Assembly: GCA_016783455.1 (NCBI GenBank)
Contig: JADHWN010000007.1
Location: forward strand, 10,710 to 74,709
Direction of reading: 5' to 3'
DNA: 64,000 bases
Source: Candidatus Bathyarchaeota archaeon
GTDB taxonomy: Archaea; Thermoproteota; Bathyarchaeia; TCS64
Shown: piece by piece, positions 38,270 through 46,778 of the stretch
Layout of the letters: every line of letters begins with the position of its first letter
Numbering within the stretch: position 1 is the stretch's first letter
The notes under the pieces: model-generated
Databases searched by the model: none
Seen by the model: the letters and a program-made list of their open reading frames with translations, nothing else
What the model was told of the DNA's origin: nothing
Made by a program: the position numbers and the translations under genes

Positions 38270-39256
38270 TCATATGCTCATCATCTGGGCTGGGTTCTTG
38301 GATAAAATAGCCTCTTTTTCATTCTCTGTTAGGCCCTCCAAGCCGTTTATCCAGTTCACAGCATCTACTATCTCCATCGGGCAAGGGTAATCGGTCCCGA
38401 ACACAACCCTGTCTATCCCAACGGTGTCTATCAGGAAACGCAGGGTCTGTTCGCTGAAGGTGGCGCAATCATAGTAAAATTTGCCCAAGTAGCTGCTAGG
38501 AGGTTTGGATATCTTCTGATCGGCGTCCTCACCAGCAGAGTACTCAGCCATATAATTCAGCCTCGCCGCTTCCCATCCCTTATCCATCCGAGCTACCCCG
38601 AATGCCACATAGCCACCTCCGTGTAGCAGGCAGATCTTCAGCTTAGGGAAGCGATCTAGGATTCCACCCTGCACTAAGGCACCATATGTGAGGGTACGCT
38701 CTACAAGATTCCCTACAGTGTTCTCTAGGAAGTAACCCGTGATACGATGAGCTACAACTGTGTCGCCCTGATGGATCTCGACGACAGCGCCTAACCTTTC
38801 AACTGCTTCCCAAAAGGGGTAGAACATAGGCTCATCCAATGTATGACCGTTGATATGGTCCTTGATGGTAACTCCTCTTAGCCCTAAGTCGTTTACTGCC
38901 CGCTCTAGCTCCTCTATAGATGCCGTGGCATCCTGCATTGGGATGATTCCCAAGCCTATGAATCGGTCTGGGTAGTCATCAACCATAGACGCTATCTCGT
39001 CATTACATTGCCTGGCAACATTCTTTGAGTGTTCAAGGTCCCGGTTGTATTGGTTAAAGTCACCATAAACTGTTAGTAGCTGCATGTCCACCCCGAGGCG
39101 ATCCATGTCTGCGATTCGCTTTTTAAGGGTCCAACTGTTGCGGGGGTTCTCAAGCTCCCCATTATCGGATGCGAATCCAAGCCAATCTCTATTGTCTCGT
39201 ATCGCCTGCAGGAATGGGCGCGGGTTCACGTGGTTATGGACATCAATGACCTTCAT
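38270..39256 (-). CDS. Amidohydrolase-2 (ACMSD-like) family hydrolase, lower-GC islet cargo
   Basis: 'MKVIDVHNHV', 'HGGG', 'VVFGTDYP' metal-site motifs. Confidence 0.8.
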   Translation of the reverse strand: MKVIDVHNHVNPRPFLQAIRDNRDWLGFASDNGELENPRNSWTLKKRIADMDRLGVDMQLLTVYGDFNQYNRDLEHSKNVARQCNDEIASMVDDYPDRFIGLGIIPMQDATASIEELERAVNDLGLRGVTIKDHINGHTLDEPMFYPFWEAVERLGAVVEIHQGDTVVAHRITGYFLENTVGNLVERTLTYGALVQGGILDRFPKLKICLLHGGGYVAFGVARMDKGWEAARLNYMAEYSAGEDADQKISKPPSSYLGKFYYDCATFSEQTLRFLIDTVGIDRVVFGTDYPCPMEIVDAVNWINGLEGLTENEKEAILSKNPAQMMSI

Positions 39257-39354
39257 TCAATCATCCTGAGCCTTCTCTGGCTCATATTCACAGAGCCACG
39301 TGTGTATTAAATAGTAACGCGCACTTGCATAGCTTTTTCTTAACGCAAAAAAAC

Positions 39355-39364
39355 GTGCTAGCAC
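39355..39364. promoter_or_regulatory. Perfect 10-bp palindrome GTGCTAGCAC in a divergent promoter spacer
   Basis: Located between the starts at 39256 (-) and 39419 (+). Confidence 0.3.
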
Positions 39365-39418
39365 AGTTTTTGTGGCAAAAATATTTTAGTCGAGTGCAGA
39401 ATTAGACAACGACATAAT

Positions 39419-40321
39419 ATGGGTGAAAAAAGAGTGGGCGAAGACTCTGGGTACATATTCGCAGGCCCTACTGTGGAGAGGAAGAGGAAGGTTGTGAAGC
39501 CGGGTGTAATACTCATCGACAACCATAAACAGGGAGTCATCGTAACCGAAAATTCAGACAGCCCCTGGCACAAGGCAACATACTACGCGCATGGAAGCAT
39601 CCTGAGTGATGCCGAAGGCAAGTTCATCCGACAGGTGGCGTTCTGCGAGACGATAGATCCAGATGGCGACGTGACCTGGAGCATTCTATGGGAGCCAAGT
39701 GAGGGGAAAGCCAGCTATCACTTCATAGTTGGCACGGGGAAGTGGAAGGGAATCGCCGGTGAGGCGACCATCACAGGTGTGACGAGTCGCGCTGATGACC
39801 ACACGACGCCAAGCTACAAGATGAGCTGGGAGATCGATGAGAAGAATGATGAAACCATCCCGCCATTCTCACCAAAGGGCCCATACACCAACCACGCAAC
39901 AAGTCTGAGCTTCCATGGACCCCACGTTACCGAGAACATTAAGGAACTAGCCAACGGATTGAAGCTTATAATCAACACACAATTAGGTGTGCTAGTAGGA
40001 GAAGACTCCACAGTCTCAAATGTCTTAAATCCACGTGGTTACGCGGCCAGCTACGACAAGGGAGTGACCGTGTGGAGCGGTGACAAGAGGCTCGCCGATG
40101 TAATGCTGCTCGAGGATACGGACCCGGACGGCGATATGGCTTGGCTCGTCCATGTATGGTGGTACGCGAGGGGCCGTGGATTATACAAGTTCGTTGGAGG
40201 CACTGGTAAGTGGGAGGGCATCAGAGGCGAAGGAACTACCCTCGGTCAGCTTATGAAGCGAACCGATGACTATCATCTCCTCAGGTCAGAGATACACTGG
40301 AGGATAGACGACATCAGCTGA
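39419..40321 (+). CDS. Two-repeat protein of unknown function (AOC/dirigent-barrel-like 'GTGKW.GI.GE' motif twice)
   Basis: Internal duplication: 'DPDGDVTW...VGTGKWKGIAGEAT' and 'DPDGDMAW...GGTGKWEGIRGEGT'. Confidence 0.5.
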   Translation: MGEKRVGEDSGYIFAGPTVERKRKVVKPGVILIDNHKQGVIVTENSDSPWHKATYYAHGSILSDAEGKFIRQVAFCETIDPDGDVTWSILWEPSEGKASYHFIVGTGKWKGIAGEATITGVTSRADDHTTPSYKMSWEIDEKNDETIPPFSPKGPYTNHATSLSFHGPHVTENIKELANGLKLIINTQLGVLVGEDSTVSNVLNPRGYAASYDKGVTVWSGDKRLADVMLLEDTDPDGDMAWLVHVWWYARGRGLYKFVGGTGKWEGIRGEGTTLGQLMKRTDDYHLLRSEIHWRIDDIS

Positions 40322-40368
40322 GAATGGGGATCGTTTAATGTACGAACTCGGTTCTCATATTGCACGTG

Positions 40369-40389
40369 CGTGGCGGGTCCGGAGGGATT
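40369..40389. repeat. att-like 21-mer overlapping the 3' end of tRNA-Lys
   Basis: Identical to 38182..38202. Covers 2 nt of trailer, the CCA, the discriminator, the acceptor 3' strand and part of the T arm. Confidence 0.85.
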
Positions 40390-40447
40390 CGAACCCTCGG
40401 CCAATGGCTTAAGAGGCCACCGCTCTAACCTTGCTGAGCTACGGACC
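40371..40447 (-). tRNA. tRNA-Lys (anticodon CUU), CCA encoded
   Basis: GGGTCCG-TA-GCTC...CTCTTAA loop...GAGGGTTCGAATCCCTC-CGGACCC-G-CCA. Confidence 0.9.
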
Positions 40448-40553
40448 CACTCGAAACACCCATATTGCGAGACCAGATTTAAATCTTTCAGCCCTCCCGC
40501 TCCCAGGGGCTTAACCAATAAATACCTCCGACAAGATAGAAGGACGAACGAGA

Positions 40554-41294
40554 ATGGCTTTGAACGGAGCCCTTTCAGCATTATACTCATTCTTCGTCAC
40601 CAAGCTGCCTTACATCACCATCGCCGTGTTCCTCCTCGGCGTCACATACAGGCTCCAGAGGTGGCTCTCGGCCCCCAAGGGCCCCGAAGGCCCGCCCCTC
40701 CACTGGCCCTCAGCACTAAAGTACGTCGTCCTCGACGTCGTCCTCTTCAGGAAGACCTACAAGACTGACAAGCTCATGTGGCTCGTCCTCGTCCTCTTCC
40801 ACATCGGAACCGGGGGCATCCTCTTCGGCCACATGAGGGGGTTCCACCTCTGGTCGGCCTCCATGTTCGAGGTCCTCGGCCACGGCTTCGCGGAGTTCAT
40901 GGTTCACACCCTCCCCCTATACATGGGATGGATGTTCCTAGCGACCCAGATCTACCTACTCTACAGGAGGACCCGCCTTGAGGGGAAGCAGCTGCAGTCC
41001 CTGGCAAACGACTACGGGGCCCTGGTCATCCTGCTCATCACCAGCATACTGGGACAGGGGATGAGGATCTTCCCTCCAGAGGCGATCCCCACGGAGACCT
41101 ACAGCGTCGTCTTCATACCCAACCTCATAGTCCTACACCTGGAGAAGGTGCCCAGCCACCACTGGTTCTTCTGGCACGTCCTCTTCACACAGCTCCTGGT
41201 GATGTACCTCCCCTGGAGCAAGCTTGTCCACGTCGTCAGCGGCGTGGCCACCTCGGCCCTCTACGGCTCAAGGAGGAGAAAATATGACCTCTAG
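40554..41294 (+). CDS. NarI/DsrM/HdrE-like membrane cytochrome b subunit
   Basis: 246 aa, 5-6 TM helices with conserved His (FHIGTGG, HHWFFWH). Overlaps the next gene by 11 nt. Confidence 0.7.
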   Translation: MALNGALSALYSFFVTKLPYITIAVFLLGVTYRLQRWLSAPKGPEGPPLHWPSALKYVVLDVVLFRKTYKTDKLMWLVLVLFHIGTGGILFGHMRGFHLWSASMFEVLGHGFAEFMVHTLPLYMGWMFLATQIYLLYRRTRLEGKQLQSLANDYGALVILLITSILGQGMRIFPPEAIPTETYSVVFIPNLIVLHLEKVPSHHWFFWHVLFTQLLVMYLPWSKLVHVVSGVATSALYGSRRRKYDL

Positions 41295-42504
41295 GGACGC
41301 CAAGGAGGCCCTGGGCAAGTTCACCAGGCGCCAGCTCATGGAGCTGGACACATGCGCCCACTGCGCCCTCTGCACGGAGTACTGCCCCGTCTACATGGAA
41401 ACCGAGGAGCCCGGCCACGCCCCGGGAGTGAGGTCCTCCAAGGCCGTGAAGCTCTACGACAAGCAACACGGGCTGAGGGCGCGCATCCTTGGCCCCAGAC
41501 CCGTAACAGACGAGGAGGTCGAGGAGCTCTCCGACAGCGCGTTCAACTGCACCTTCTGCGGACGCTGCATGGAGGTCTGCCCCTTCGGCATCCAGACCCA
41601 CGAACTCTGGAGCAAGGTCAGGGAGGTCGTACACGACCTCGAGGGGACCCCCCGCAACGTCGGGATGCTAGAGGAGATGCTCGACGAGAGCCAGAACCCC
41701 TACGGCCTCGACCCCGACTCACGCCTCGACTGGGCGGACTTCACCGACCTCGAGGAGATACCCGAGAAGGACAAAGCCGAGGTAGCCTACTTCGTCGGGT
41801 GCACCACCGCCTTCAAGGGTGCCAACCACGAGGTGGCATTCGCCACGGCCTCCATACTCAACATGCTCGGCGAGGACTGGACCCTCCTGGGGGAGGACGA
41901 GTGGTGCTGCGGGAGCCCCCTGCTCCTCGCCGGGGACGAGCACAGCGCCAAGGAGTACGCCAAGCACAACGTCGAGGTCCTCGAGTCCAGGGGCGTCAAG
42001 AGGCTGATCACAGGCTGCTCAGGGTGCTACAGGGTGTTCAAGTGGGAGTACCCCAAGCTCCTCGGAGGCGACCTCAAGTTCGAGGTCCTCCACACCCTGG
42101 AGTACCTCCTCGAGAAGCTGGAGTCCGGAGAGCTGAAGCCCGAGAAGACCGACGAGAGGGTCATCTACCACGACCCTTGCGAGCTCTCCCGCCTTGGCGG
42201 GCTCATAGATGAGCCCAGGAAGGTCCTGGCATACCTAGCCAACGACTGGGTGGAGTTCGCCGAGCACGGAATCGACGTCAGGTGCTGCGGAGGAGGCGGT
42301 CTCCTCCAAGCCTCGAACAACGAAGCACGGCTGGCCATTGCCAAGAAGCGGCTCGACGAGGCCAAGTCCCTGGGAGCAGAGATAATCACCTCCGCCTGCC
42401 CCTCCTGCAAGCTTACCTTCGTGGACAGCGCGAGGGAACACGAGGTGGACATAGAGGTCCTGGACCTCGTCGAGCTAGTGGCGAAGCAACTGGGCATTCT
42501 ATGA
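41284..42504 (+). CDS. HdrD/DsrK-like Fe-S oxidoreductase with two CCG domains
   Basis: 'CAHCALCTEYCP', 'CTFCGRCMEVCP', 'CCGSPL', 'YHDPCEL', 'RCCGGGG', 'CPSC'. ATG at 41284. Confidence 0.85.
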   Translation: MTSRDAKEALGKFTRRQLMELDTCAHCALCTEYCPVYMETEEPGHAPGVRSSKAVKLYDKQHGLRARILGPRPVTDEEVEELSDSAFNCTFCGRCMEVCPFGIQTHELWSKVREVVHDLEGTPRNVGMLEEMLDESQNPYGLDPDSRLDWADFTDLEEIPEKDKAEVAYFVGCTTAFKGANHEVAFATASILNMLGEDWTLLGEDEWCCGSPLLLAGDEHSAKEYAKHNVEVLESRGVKRLITGCSGCYRVFKWEYPKLLGGDLKFEVLHTLEYLLEKLESGELKPEKTDERVIYHDPCELSRLGGLIDEPRKVLAYLANDWVEFAEHGIDVRCCGGGGLLQASNNEARLAIAKKRLDEAKSLGAEIITSACPSCKLTFVDSAREHEVDIEVLDLVELVAKQLGIL

Positions 42505-42508
42505 GTGT

Positions 42509-43381
42509 GTGATGATGGGAAGCGTGTATGACTACGGGGTCCTCGCGAAGCCGAAGGTTCTCCTCGCGATGCTCCTCCTCTACGCCTCCTCCTACTTCGC
42601 ATCGGTGGCATACTCAGGCGTCAACTGGGGCGTGAACACCTTCCTGGTGGGGCTGACGGCGGTGGCGATGGCCGTCAGCGGTGCCAACGCCCTCAACTGC
42701 TACCTCGACAGGGACATCGACGCCCTCATGACGAGGACACTCGGGCGCCCCCTCATCACAGGGACCATCGGACCATCTGGGGCTCTTACGTTCAGCGGCA
42801 TCCTGCTCATTGCCTCGTCAATATTAGCCCTCTCACTCGGAACCGTACCCTTCCTCCTCTTCCTGGAGGGTGCTGGGACATACCTCCTCCTGTACACGGT
42901 GCTTCTGAAGAGGAGGACGAGCCTCAACGTCCTCGCGACCGCCCCGAGCGTCGCAGCCCCCGCCTGGTTCGGTTGGTACCTGGGAGGGGCCCAGCTCTAC
43001 CCCGTCGGGCTGCTGATGGGAGTCCTGGTGGCGATCTGGGGGCCCATCCACCTCTGGAGCCTCGTTTATGCCTACTCGAAGGACTACTCCAGGGCGGGGG
43101 TGCCCATGTTCCCCTCAGTTGCCTCTAACGAGAACGCCGTGAGGGGCATCATCGCCGCCCTTGCCGTGCTGATCGCCTCCTCCTACACCTTGGTCCCGTG
43201 GACGAGGACCCTCTTCTACCCCCTTGTCGTCACCCTCATCAACGCCCCCCTGGCGGTAGCGGGCTACAGGTTCTACAGATCGAGGACCAACAAGGCTGGA
43301 TGGTGGATCTTCAAGCTCACGGCCCCCCAGATAGTCGTCGTCCTCCTCGCCTTCATGGCGGAGAGGCTGCTCTTCGCCTAG
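42509..43381 (+). CDS. ctaB: UbiA-family prenyltransferase, heme O synthase-like
   Basis: The 'NCYLDRDIDALMTRTLGRPL' motif is typical of CyoE/CtaB. Confidence 0.7.
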   Translation: MMMGSVYDYGVLAKPKVLLAMLLLYASSYFASVAYSGVNWGVNTFLVGLTAVAMAVSGANALNCYLDRDIDALMTRTLGRPLITGTIGPSGALTFSGILLIASSILALSLGTVPFLLFLEGAGTYLLLYTVLLKRRTSLNVLATAPSVAAPAWFGWYLGGAQLYPVGLLMGVLVAIWGPIHLWSLVYAYSKDYSRAGVPMFPSVASNENAVRGIIAALAVLIASSYTLVPWTRTLFYPLVVTLINAPLAVAGYRFYRSRTNKAGWWIFKLTAPQIVVVLLAFMAERLLFA

Positions 43382-43442
43382 GCGTCAGGGTAATAGTCTT
43401 TTATTTCCCGATACTTGTTAAGATAATACTGGATGGATTAGC

Positions 43443-43871
43443 ATGGTTAGAATCGAGGGAAACGACTTCCCTGAGGACCTGTACTACCACAGGGATCACA
43501 TGTGGGTGAAGGTGGAGGGGGACAAGGTCCGGGTCGGTTACAACGACTGGGCACAGGAGGCGGCGGGGAAGCTCCTGAACCTTAATACCAAGAAGGCGGG
43601 GAGGTCCGTAAAGTCGGGGAAGACCTTGGGCACAGTGGAGAGCGGCAAGTGGGTCGGCCCCCTAAAGTCTCCTGTCTCAGGGGAGATCGTTGAGGTCAAC
43701 GAGGAGGCCCGTAAGGAGCCCTCAATCATCAACGACGACCCCTACGGGAACGGCTGGGTCGCGGTCATCACCCCGTCCGACCTCGACGCCGAGCTAGGGG
43801 GGCTAATCAAGGGTTCCGATGGCGCTGAGATAGAGTCCTGGCTGGCCTCGGAGAAAGCCAAACACACATAA
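43443..43871 (+). CDS. GcvH-like lipoyl-carrier protein with a non-canonical lipoyl-Lys context
   Basis: 'HMWVKVEG', 'TVESGKWVGPLKSPVSGEIVEVNE', 'DPYGNGWVAVI'. Confidence 0.8.
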   Translation: MVRIEGNDFPEDLYYHRDHMWVKVEGDKVRVGYNDWAQEAAGKLLNLNTKKAGRSVKSGKTLGTVESGKWVGPLKSPVSGEIVEVNEEARKEPSIINDDPYGNGWVAVITPSDLDAELGGLIKGSDGAEIESWLASEKAKHT

Positions 43872-43900
43872 ACACCCATCCTCTTTTTAGCAGAACAACC

Positions 43901-44992
43901 ATGGAACGCTGGAGGCTTCTCAACCTAGGATACTCCGAGCCCCTGGTGGCCCAAACATTCTACGAGACCGTGGCGGAGGCCGTCCACAGGGGGATCTCAC
44001 CTAACACCCTCATCCTCCTGCAGCCTGACAGCCCGTACGCCTGCCTCGGCTACCACCAGGACCTGGAGAAGGAGCTGGACCTGAGGTTCTGCGAGGGGGC
44101 GGGCCTGCCCATCATAAGGAGGAGCCAGGGGGGAGGCGCGACGTATCTGGACCGGGGCCAGGTCTTCTACCAGATCGTCTCCAAGGGGAGCGAGATCGTC
44201 CCCAGGAATATCGATGCGATGTTCGAGAGGTTACTCTCGGTGACCGTTGAGACCTACAGGAGACTCGGCGTGCCCGCGGAGTTTAAGCCCCTCAACGACG
44301 TCGTGGTGGAGGGAAGGAAGATCTCCGGGAACGGGGCGGGGATGCACGAGTCAGCATCCATCCTCGTAGGGAACGTGATCCTGGACCTCAACTACGACCT
44401 CATGGCCCGGGTGCTCAGGGTCCCCGACGAGAAGTTCAGGGACAAGATGGCCAGCAGCATGAGGGAGTGGGTGTCCACATTGAAGCGGGAGCTGGGCGAG
44501 GCGCCCCCCGTCGAGAAGGTCCACTACACCTACGCCGCTGCCTTCGAGGAGCTCCTCGGCGTCGAGCTCCACAGGGAGGAGCCCTCCGAGGAGGAGTGGA
44601 GGATCTTCGAGGAGGAAACCAAGCCACGACACACCTCCCGGGAGTGGCTCTACATGGAGGCGCCCCCGTCCCAGCTCAGGGAGGGGAGGGGCGTGAAGAT
44701 CGCCCACGACGTGAAGGTCGTCGAGGCCGACCACAAGGCAGCCAAGCTCATCCGGATAAGGGCCGAGGTGAAGGGGGACGAGATCCTCAGCGCCCAGGTG
44801 AGAGGGGACTTCTTCGCCCTGCCCAAGGAGGCCGTCTTCAGGCTCGAGGAGGCTCTCACGGGCGTGAACCTTGACGAGTCAGCCATCTCCGATGTCGTCA
44901 ACAGGTTCTACGACGAGACGGATGTCCAGATACCCGGAATCAGCCCGGGGGACTTCACGACTGCCATAATGAAGGTCAAGGACCTACTGTAG
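43901..44992 (+). CDS. lplA: Lipoate--protein ligase A
   Basis: 'RRSQGGGATYLD', 'GRKISGNGA' (lipoyl-AMP lysine region), plus a C-terminal accessory domain. Confidence 0.8.
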   Translation: MERWRLLNLGYSEPLVAQTFYETVAEAVHRGISPNTLILLQPDSPYACLGYHQDLEKELDLRFCEGAGLPIIRRSQGGGATYLDRGQVFYQIVSKGSEIVPRNIDAMFERLLSVTVETYRRLGVPAEFKPLNDVVVEGRKISGNGAGMHESASILVGNVILDLNYDLMARVLRVPDEKFRDKMASSMREWVSTLKRELGEAPPVEKVHYTYAAAFEELLGVELHREEPSEEEWRIFEEETKPRHTSREWLYMEAPPSQLREGRGVKIAHDVKVVEADHKAAKLIRIRAEVKGDEILSAQVRGDFFALPKEAVFRLEEALTGVNLDESAISDVVNRFYDETDVQIPGISPGDFTTAIMKVKDLL

Positions 44993-45102
44993 ACCCGCGA
45001 CCTTCCCCTTATTTTTCATTGACCATGCCTGTTTTCAATGGGTAACAAGTCTTGCTCAAAATGGTTAAAAAGAACTGGTGTCTCTGACTGGTTACAATCC
45101 AG

Positions 45103-46653
45103 GTGTCCAATTTGAGTGAAAACCAGTTCTACCTCAGCCAGTACAAACCCGGGGGGGAGAGGTTCCTCCCCGAGAAGGTCTGGATATTCGACACGACCCT
45201 CCGTGACGGCGAGCAGATGCCCGGCGTCACCTACACGATAGACGAGAAGGTCCTCATCGCCCAGCAGCTCGACGAGCTACGTGTCCCCAGGATCGAGGCG
45301 GGGTTCCCCATAACCTCGCCTGGGGAGACCGAGGCGGTGAAGAGGATCGCGGCTCTGGGCCTCGATGCCCAGGTGGTCGCCCTCTCCAGGCCCCTCAAGG
45401 AGGACGTCGACAGGGCCCTAGAGTGCGACGTGCCCTACATCCACATATTCATCTCCACGAGCGACCTCCACATCGAGACCATGATGAAGACCACCCGGGA
45501 GGACGTCCTCAGGTCCGCGGTCGAGGGGATAGAGTACGCTAAGGAGCACGGGGTCTTCGTCGAGTTCAGCCCCCAGGACGCAACCCGCACGGACATGGGC
45601 TACCTCGTCGAGATCTGCAAGGCCGCCGAGGACGCCGGGGCCGAGATGCTCAACATCCCGGACACCGTCGGGGTCATGACCCCTCGGATGACCTTCGACT
45701 TCTTCAAGGAGCTGAAGGCCCAGACCAGGGTCCCCCTGAGCGCCCACGCCCACAACGACCTGGGCCAGGCCACGGCCAACACCCTCGCCTCCATCGAGGC
45801 GGGAGCCGAGCAGGCCCACGTCTGCATCAACGGCCTGGGCGAGCGGGCAGGGAACACGTCCCTGGAGGAGGTGGTGGTCTGCCTGGCGGCCCAGTACGAG
45901 GTCGAGACGGGCATCAACACCAAGAAGATAGCTGAGACCAGCTCACTGGTGGAGAGGCTCAGCGGGGTCTACATGCCCCCGAGCACTCCAATAATTGGGG
46001 ACAACGCCTTTGCCCACGAGGCCGGCATCCATGTCCACGGGCTCCTCAGCCACTCTGGGAACTACGAGATACTCCGCCCCGAGTTCGTGGGGAAGAGGAG
46101 CCGGATAGTCGCGGGGAAGCACGCCGGCAGGCACGGTATCTCCAGCATGCTGGATGACCTGGGTCTGGAGCCCACCCGGGAGCAGTTGAAGGCGGTAGCC
46201 GCAGAGGTGAAGAAGCTCGGCGACACCGGGAAGGTGGTCTCCGACTCTGATCTGTACGCCATCGCCAAGAACGTCATGGACATAACCGCCGACGACAGGG
46301 TGAAGCTTAAGCAGCTTCTGGTGGTCACCGGGAACACCATCACGCCCACCGCCTCGGCGACCCTCCTGGTCGACGGTGTCGAGTACAAGGGCTCTGGGGT
46401 GGGGAACGGACCCATCGACTCGGCCATCAACGCCATCAGGAACGTCGTCAACGGCTTCGCCAACATAACCTTAGAGAAGTTCTCGATGAAGGCCATCACG
46501 GGAGGTACCGACGCCGTCGCCGACGTCACCGTCGCCGTCCGGAGGGGCGAGAAGATGGTGACGGCCAACAGCGTCAACGGCGACACGGTTATGGCGAGCG
46601 TCGAGGCCATCCTGAAGGGCATGAACAGGCTCCTCGTGGAAAGCAACAAGTAG
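45103..46653 (+). CDS. LeuA/CimA-family synthase 1 (2-isopropylmalate or citramalate synthase)
   Basis: 'FDTTLRDGEQMPGV', 'HAHNDLGQATANTL', C-terminal LeuA-dimer regulatory domain. GTG start. Confidence 0.88.
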   Translation: MSNLSENQFYLSQYKPGGERFLPEKVWIFDTTLRDGEQMPGVTYTIDEKVLIAQQLDELRVPRIEAGFPITSPGETEAVKRIAALGLDAQVVALSRPLKEDVDRALECDVPYIHIFISTSDLHIETMMKTTREDVLRSAVEGIEYAKEHGVFVEFSPQDATRTDMGYLVEICKAAEDAGAEMLNIPDTVGVMTPRMTFDFFKELKAQTRVPLSAHAHNDLGQATANTLASIEAGAEQAHVCINGLGERAGNTSLEEVVVCLAAQYEVETGINTKKIAETSSLVERLSGVYMPPSTPIIGDNAFAHEAGIHVHGLLSHSGNYEILRPEFVGKRSRIVAGKHAGRHGISSMLDDLGLEPTREQLKAVAAEVKKLGDTGKVVSDSDLYAIAKNVMDITADDRVKLKQLLVVTGNTITPTASATLLVDGVEYKGSGVGNGPIDSAINAIRNVVNGFANITLEKFSMKAITGGTDAVADVTVAVRRGEKMVTANSVNGDTVMASVEAILKGMNRLLVESNK

Positions 46654-46778
46654 GCCAAGGAAAGAAGCCTATTTTTCCCTCTTTTCATCAAACGATTTGT
46701 ATTCATGTATAGCTGGAGGCTACGGCGATATCCTTATATGACGAGTTTTCTAGCCTATATTCTACCAATCGAAGGAAT

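Noticed and set aside
38203-40368. Searched the tRNA-Lys islet borders for integrase or split SSV-type integrase fragments.
   Set aside because: The borders are occupied by short spacers (67 nt and 47 nt) next to the two cargo genes. No recombinase-like ORF exists in any frame, so no integrase feature is reported.
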